A stretch of 64,000 bases of DNA from Spirochaetia bacterium (GTDB lineage Bacteria; Spirochaetota; Spirochaetia; UBA9216), in assembly GCA_965140585.1 (NCBI GenBank), contig OZ223269.1, forward strand, positions 448,001 through 512,000, given 5' to 3'. Shown here piece by piece: positions 58,531 to 64,000 of the stretch. A model generated the notes under the pieces. That model was not told the DNA's origin, did not search any database, and saw nothing but the letters and a program-made list of their open reading frames with translations. The stretch's first letter is position 1. Every line of letters starts with the position of its first letter. Made by a program: the position numbers and the translations under genes.

Positions 58531-59582
58531 TAAAGAAAGTATTCTTATTCTTAATTATTATTTTTATACCGGGAATACTCACGGCGCAGTTATATTTTAA
58601 ATCGAATATGATCGGTATGAGACTGGCTCCTGTTGAGGCCGATGAAGTATCAGGATTTGAGTGGCATCTTGAAGTATCTGATGATGCTGAGGACTCCGAG
58701 GTTTCCATCCTGTACCATGAGGGTCGTATTTACTCCAGAAAAACTGTTTCTGTTTCAGGCGGTAAATCAGTTGAAACCCTTACTAAGGCTGATGTGACAG
58801 AAATCTCAGTCAGAGAGGACGGTCTGGTGATTTCTGAAGAATCAAGAAATTCAGACGGCACTGACTTAAAAACTGTTTACAGCTACTCAGGAGCAGATAT
58901 CAGTGAGGTTACATCGTATGAAAATGAAACACGGCTGTATACTGATCGCTATTTGTATTCTGCAGGCGGCAGACTTCTTGATGTAAAAAGAGAGTATACT
59001 GACAGTGATGATTCTTCACTTATGTCCTTTCTTTTTACTGGTGGAAATATCAAAGCCTACCTTATCAGTATGACAAAAAAAAGCAGCCTCCTGGTTTATG
59101 ACGATGAAGGCAGGCTTAAACTGGAAGAAGTTAAAAATGATCAGACTGTTACTAAAATAAGGCGTATAAGCAGGGACAGCCGCGGCAGCAGAGAGGTCAT
59201 AGAAAACAGTACCGACGGTACAGTTACCACTTTGACTTTTAATTTCGAAAATTTGCTTATACGAGAGGATCAGCGAGATTCGGATGGAATACGAATTAAA
59301 ACGGTCGATTTTACCTACAAGGATGGTAAGACTGCCTCAATTATTCGAACAGTGCCGGGAACGGTTGAAAAGGAATTTTTTACAAATGATAACGAGGGTA
59401 TACTTATTTCAGAATTGTATATGAGAAACGGAAACCGGATAAGAGAGATTAACTATACAGACGAAAACTCCTATTCAGAAATCTTCTATAGAAACGGCAG
59501 ACCCTCAGTAGAAATAAAATATGAGAATGATGATGCTGTTGAGGTAATAGATTTAATTTCGGGCGGGAGCAGCAATGATTAG
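58527..59582 (+). CDS. Exported hypothetical protein with YD-like beta-hairpin repeats
   Basis: Signal peptide; YSAGGRLL, YDDEGRLK, YKDGK repeats. Confidence 0.7.
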   Translation: MIKKVFLFLIIIFIPGILTAQLYFKSNMIGMRLAPVEADEVSGFEWHLEVSDDAEDSEVSILYHEGRIYSRKTVSVSGGKSVETLTKADVTEISVREDGLVISEESRNSDGTDLKTVYSYSGADISEVTSYENETRLYTDRYLYSAGGRLLDVKREYTDSDDSSLMSFLFTGGNIKAYLISMTKKSSLLVYDDEGRLKLEEVKNDQTVTKIRRISRDSRGSREVIENSTDGTVTTLTFNFENLLIREDQRDSDGIRIKTVDFTYKDGKTASIIRTVPGTVEKEFFTNDNEGILISELYMRNGNRIREINYTDENSYSEIFYRNGRPSVEIKYENDDAVEVIDLISGGSSND

Positions 59583-60774
59583 GAAATGGATTATTTTTAT
59601 TTCCTCCAGATATATGCAGGTCGGACGAAAAAACAGAAGATTCACTGCTACACTTTTATCGGGAATAGGTATAGCCGTCGGTGTAACGGCATTGATAACG
59701 GTTATATCGGTTATGAACGGTTTTCAGATGGGATTTATAGAGGACATTCTTGAGATATCATCTTTTCATGTGATGGTAGAGGGTATTGATGCCGACATTG
59801 CAGCTGAAATCAGAAAACTTCCCGCTGTAAGAAGTGTAATGCCCTTTAAAGACACCCAGAGTATAATAAGCACAGATTATTCACTTGAGCCCTGTCTGAT
59901 AAAGGGGATTCCGCCTGATTTTCAGACTCTGGATCCAGGTTTTGCGAATCAGCTGAACATAACTGACGGTGAGCTGGAGCAGGATGTTCATTCGGTGATT
60001 ATCGGGAGGACTATGGCATACCGGCTTGGCGTAAATATTGGTGATAAAGTCTCCCTAATGTCTCTTAACGGCGGAAAGTTCAATGCTATGAGACCCGTTA
60101 CGACAGACTTTATAATAAGCGGTTTTTTCAGATCCGGATACAGCGATTTTGATTCCAGTCTGATGATTACAAATCTTGAAGATATCGAAGTCCTCGATGG
60201 TATTACCGGAATAAAATACGGGGTAAAACTTAAGAACCGTTTCAGAACTAATTCGGCCATTCAGAGTATCTCAGACATTGTGGGTGATTATGATACGGTA
60301 AGCGTCACAGGCTGGCAGGAATACAACAGAGCATTTTTCGGAGCACTCAGGCTTGAAAAAAATATGATGTTTATTCTTCTTGGACTGATTTTTCTTGTCG
60401 TTTCTTTCGGAATATTCAATTCTACCCGTCGAACTGTCTTTGAGAAGCAGGAAGAAATCGGTATTCTAAGAGCAATAGGAGCCACCCCTTCGAATATCAG
60501 GAATATATTCATTATCGACGGTTTTATCATCGGTGCGGGCGGCGGACTGACAGGTGTGGTTCTCGGACTTCTGATCACTTTTAATATAAACAATATTCTT
60601 GGACTTCTATCACTCAGGACAGCAGGATTTCTTATTGATGTTCCGGTCAGGGTCGTCCCCTCCGAGGTGACATTAATTTTTTCAGCCGCTGTAATTTTCT
60701 GTATAGCCGCGGCTGCCGCTGCTTCTGCAAGGGTTTCAAGAATAATGCCGCAGGAGGTTCTGCGGTATGAGTAG
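59575..60774 (+). CDS. LolC/E-type ABC transporter permease
   Basis: GIAVGV..LI.V.SVMNGF, EIGILRAIGA, P.EVLRYE. Confidence 0.9.
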   Translation: MIRKWIIFISSRYMQVGRKNRRFTATLLSGIGIAVGVTALITVISVMNGFQMGFIEDILEISSFHVMVEGIDADIAAEIRKLPAVRSVMPFKDTQSIISTDYSLEPCLIKGIPPDFQTLDPGFANQLNITDGELEQDVHSVIIGRTMAYRLGVNIGDKVSLMSLNGGKFNAMRPVTTDFIISGFFRSGYSDFDSSLMITNLEDIEVLDGITGIKYGVKLKNRFRTNSAIQSISDIVGDYDTVSVTGWQEYNRAFFGALRLEKNMMFILLGLIFLVVSFGIFNSTRRTVFEKQEEIGILRAIGATPSNIRNIFIIDGFIIGAGGGLTGVVLGLLITFNINNILGLLSLRTAGFLIDVPVRVVPSEVTLIFSAAVIFCIAAAAAASARVSRIMPQEVLRYE

Positions 60775-60806
60775 GTCTGGTCCTATATTATTTCGGGAGG
60801 ATTATT

Positions 60807-61475
60807 CTGGTAAAAATAGAAGGTCTTAAAAAGGCCTATAAAACAGGAAATGAGGATCTTCAGATACTCAAAAATATTGATCTCAGAATAGAGAAGGGAA
60901 CGAAGGTTATGATTACCGGCGGCAGCGGTTGCGGTAAAAGTACGCTTCTTAATATCATAGGCGGTCTTGATAACTGTGACGATGGCCTGGTTGAAATTGA
61001 CGGAAGTCAAATCAACACGATGACTGAATATGAAATTGCCAGGTATCGTCAGAAAACTATAGGTTTTATTTTCCAGTTTCATTACCTTCTGAAAGATTTT
61101 ACTTGTGTAGAAAATGTAATGATGCCGCTTTACATGGCAGGTGAAAGCAGGAAAAAAGCTCTCAAAAAAGCTGAAGAACTGCTTGAGCATGTAAAACTCG
61201 GCGAACGGCTGAACCACTTTCCTTCACAGCTTTCAGGCGGGGAAAGGCAGCGAGCCGCAATGGCCAGAGCTCTTGTTAATGATCCGAAACTTATTCTTGC
61301 AGACGAACCTACCGGCAACCTTGATGAGGAAAATTCCGCTATTGTAGAAGAACTGCTTTTCAGGCTTGTGGCTGAATATGGTAAAACGCTCATCATGGTT
61401 ACTCACGACATGGAGCTGGCAGGCCGCGGAAGCATTGAATATAAACTTACATCCGGAGAGCTGGTCAAATTATGA
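60807..61475 (+). CDS. lolD: LolD-type ABC transporter ATP-binding protein (start codon unresolved)
   Basis: The frame is open upstream of the ORF-track start ([14 protein letters not shown]...); [37 protein letters not shown]. Confidence 0.88.
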   Translation: MVKIEGLKKAYKTGNEDLQILKNIDLRIEKGTKVMITGGSGCGKSTLLNIIGGLDNCDDGLVEIDGSQINTMTEYEIARYRQKTIGFIFQFHYLLKDFTCVENVMMPLYMAGESRKKALKKAEELLEHVKLGERLNHFPSQLSGGERQRAAMARALVNDPKLILADEPTGNLDEENSAIVEELLFRLVAEYGKTLIMVTHDMELAGRGSIEYKLTSGELVKL

Positions 61476-62707
61476 TGAATTCTCCGGGTTTTTCTGTATT
61501 TCTCGGTCTTAGAAACTTTATGACCTTCAACAGGGGTAAAAAACGGACCATGGCTGGAGCCGCAGTGGGAATAGCCTTGTCAATGATTCCGCTTATAGTA
61601 GTTCTAGAAGTTTCTACCGGTATGATTGAGGGCATAACAAGACGGTTTATTGAAATAGGTACCGGCCATTACCAGATAAGGTTCTTTGATGAACCTGATA
61701 AAAGCGAAATTGCTGAAGCTCTCGATAAGACTGAAAAAATTCCCGAGGTACTTTGTGCATATCCGGTTTATACAGGCAGTGCATTGATATACTCTGCGTC
61801 GTATAAAAGCGGAATACAGGTGAAAGGGCTTCCTGATGATGTTTATGAAAGAGATTCCGGACTTAAGGAATATCTTGAAATTGACAGCGGAACTTTTGAT
61901 ATCCATGAAAATAATTCGATAATGATAAGCAGCGGAATTGCAGATCTCCTTGATGCTGTTCCAGGCCAGGATGTGAAACTGCTGACTGCTATGCAGACTT
62001 CCAGCGGTCGTACTGTTCTGCGCCCCGAAGTTTTTACGGTAACCGGAATATTTTCAACCGGCTATTACGAACTGGATGCTCTTTCAGCTTATATAAATTA
62101 TGACAAGGCAGCGATGCTTTTCAGAAGCAGCGGAGAGATGCATCTTGAGACTAAGGTTGAAGATCCCTATTCCGGGTCGGGGACTATAAATGAAGAACTG
62201 CAGAGTGCAGCAGGTGAAGGCTCAATGATATATTCCTGGTATCAGCTTAACAGAAGTATGTATGAGTCGCTGAATACCACAAGAACTCTGCTTTTATTTA
62301 TCATGATTATTATTGTAGTTGTTGCATCGGTTAATGTGGCCTCTTCAATGATTATTATGATTATGGACAGACAGCAGGATATTGCCATTTTAAAAAGCTG
62401 TGGTGCCGGCCGGGGGCAGATAAGACTTGCTTTCATTATTACAGGGGCTGTGACCGGCATTACCGGAGCATTCGCAGGTATTTCTGCAGGACTTCTGATA
62501 TCATTGAATATTAACCGTATTATTCTGTTTTTTAACAGGATTTCCGAAGCGGCCGGTTTCTACCTGGATCACATTCCGGTCATCATCAGGCCTTATCAGA
62601 TAGCTGCAGTTTTTATTACAGCAGTGATTCTATCATCGCTTGCGGCAGTCATACCTGCCGGAAAAGCCGAAAAGCTGAAACCATTGGAAGTAATCAGTAA
62701 ACACTGA
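61472..62707 (+). CDS. LolE/C-type ABC transporter permease
   Basis: GIALS..PLIVV, TGYYELD, DIAILKSCGA; completes the lolCDE-like set. Confidence 0.88.
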   Translation: MMNSPGFSVFLGLRNFMTFNRGKKRTMAGAAVGIALSMIPLIVVLEVSTGMIEGITRRFIEIGTGHYQIRFFDEPDKSEIAEALDKTEKIPEVLCAYPVYTGSALIYSASYKSGIQVKGLPDDVYERDSGLKEYLEIDSGTFDIHENNSIMISSGIADLLDAVPGQDVKLLTAMQTSSGRTVLRPEVFTVTGIFSTGYYELDALSAYINYDKAAMLFRSSGEMHLETKVEDPYSGSGTINEELQSAAGEGSMIYSWYQLNRSMYESLNTTRTLLLFIMIIIVVVASVNVASSMIIMIMDRQQDIAILKSCGAGRGQIRLAFIITGAVTGITGAFAGISAGLLISLNINRIILFFNRISEAAGFYLDHIPVIIRPYQIAAVFITAVILSSLAAVIPAGKAEKLKPLEVISKH

Positions 62708-62769
62708 CAAAAATTAAATCACTTTATTTTAATCGCAAATTTTATTAAACTAATATGTAAGGTGGCTGA

Positions 62770-63282
62770 ATGAAATGTGATATTTGCGGCGATAATGACG
62801 CCGTTATACATGTAAAACAGATAATGGGTAATGATGTAAAAGAACTGCACTTATGTACATCCTGCGCCGGTGAAAAAGGAATTTCAGGAGAAGAGGATAT
62901 AATTGAACTCTCTCTTTCTCAGCTCCTGACCGGACTTATAGATATCACCGACAAGGTTTCCGAAAAAGCGGACAGTGAGGTTTGCAGGAATTGCGGTACA
63001 AATATAAAGGATTTCAGGAAAAACGGAACAGTCGGCTGTCCGGAATGCTATAACGTGTTTATTAAAGATGTTGAGAATTATCTTCAGAATACAGCAGGGA
63101 ATTTTCGGCATACCGGCAAGCTTCCTGAAAAGGTAATAACACTTAAAACCCTGCTTGTTGACAAGGAAAGCCTGCGTGAAAAGCTTTCAAACGCAATCAG
63201 CAGCGAAGATTATGAACAGGCGGCTATCCTCAGGGACCGTATAAAGCTTCTTGAAAAGAGAGCGGGGGTCGGTGATGAGTAA
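62770..63282 (+). CDS. mcsA: McsA (CxxC x4 + UvrB/C domain)
   Basis: CDIC, LCTSCA, CRNCG, GCPECY, EDYEQAAILRD. Confidence 0.92.
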   Translation: MKCDICGDNDAVIHVKQIMGNDVKELHLCTSCAGEKGISGEEDIIELSLSQLLTGLIDITDKVSEKADSEVCRNCGTNIKDFRKNGTVGCPECYNVFIKDVENYLQNTAGNFRHTGKLPEKVITLKTLLVDKESLREKLSNAISSEDYEQAAILRDRIKLLEKRAGVGDE

Positions 63283-64000
63283 CAGTCTGCTGATTAAGGA
63301 CAAAGCCGGATGGTTTTCTGAAAGCGGAGCACAGGAAGATGTCGTAATCTCCAGCCGTATAAGGCTTTCCAGAAATCTGAACGGACATATGTATCCGGGA
63401 AAGATGGAGCAGGATGAAGAAGACAAGGTAGGCGCTGAGATATCTGAATCATTTGGAAAAATTTCCGGTTCTACTGTTTTCAGAACTGATGAGGTAGGTA
63501 ATATCAATCCTCTTGATCGGAAGATTCTGCTTGAACGAAATCATATTTCTCAGGATTTCACCCTGCACCAGTCAAGAAGATTCGCACTGAGTGAGGATAA
63601 TCTGAGCTCCTGTATGATAAACGAACGGGACCATATCAGGCTGTCGGTATTCGGCGGCGGGCTTGGAGTTGAAGAGTGTTATAAAAAAGCAGATTTAATA
63701 GATCGGGAACTTGAAAAATATCTGGATTATGCTGTCTCATTTGATTTGGGATATCTTAATACGGAGGTTGGGAATCTTGGTACCGGGATGAAAGTTTCTG
63801 TTATGATGCATTTGCCGGCCCTTGTTAAAACAAACCTGATTGAAAAAGCATTGAAAGCGGTGGTTCAGATTGGTTTTACTGTAAAAGGTTTTATGGGTGA
63901 TGAAGATCACTCACTCGGAAGTATGTACCAGATATCAAATCAGTTTACCATTGGTCACACCGAGCAGGAGCTTATCGAAAAGCTTGAGAATCTTGCACAG
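63275..64000 (+). CDS. mcsB: McsB-like ATP:guanido phosphotransferase (3' end off window; degenerate motifs)
   Basis: My translation from ATG 63275: DVVISSRIRLSRN...MINERDHIRL...GYLNTEVGNLGTGMK.SVMMHLPAL...YQISNQ; overlaps mcsA. Confidence 0.85.
   Translation, partial: MSNSLLIKDKAGWFSESGAQEDVVISSRIRLSRNLNGHMYPGKMEQDEEDKVGAEISESFGKISGSTVFRTDEVGNINPLDRKILLERNHISQDFTLHQSRRFALSEDNLSSCMINERDHIRLSVFGGGLGVEECYKKADLIDRELEKYLDYAVSFDLGYLNTEVGNLGTGMKVSVMMHLPALVKTNLIEKALKAVVQIGFTVKGFMGDEDHSLGSMYQISNQFTIGHTEQELIEKLENLAQ

Noticed and set aside
58527-59582. Rhs toxin
   Set aside because: Short, no Rhs core end motif or toxin/immunity pair; embedded in the ftsY-lol operon.
62708-62769. ctsR gene or CtsR operator before mcsA
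   Set aside because: Only 62 nt of AT-rich spacer, with no GTCAAA direct repeat.

Overview
Gene-dense, mostly housekeeping chromosome segment, most likely from a free-living anaerobic spirochaete. That call is inferred from gene order (murB/cysS-ECF sigma; prfB-X-ftsY-X-lolCDE), type-2 IleRS and a long AckA. It holds five aminoacyl-tRNA synthetases (asnS, cysS, valS, ileS, hisS), arcA, DAHP synthase, metY-metA, two divergent ackA paralogues, mgtE, murB, an ECF sigma/anti-sigma locus, a MoxR operon, a K+ channel-cNMP-GGDEF operon, hisHF, pcnB, rnfCDGEAB, a frameshifted prfB, ftsY, lolCDE-like genes and mcsA-mcsB (truncated). I saw no tRNA, rRNA, CRISPR array or transposase. Most notable: (1) an orphan Cas2-like gene, apparently leaderless, heading the prfB operon with no cas1 or array; (2) an unannotated 44-aa secreted, Phr-like peptide gene with its own promoter; (3) several enzyme homologues with altered catalytic residues (McsB, a Cys>Ser transglutaminase, a gluzincin-TPR, a secreted PIMT, a GH57); (4) a lolD with no canonical start codon; (5) several probable leaderless genes. 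Family assignments come from motif recognition by eye, not database searches.
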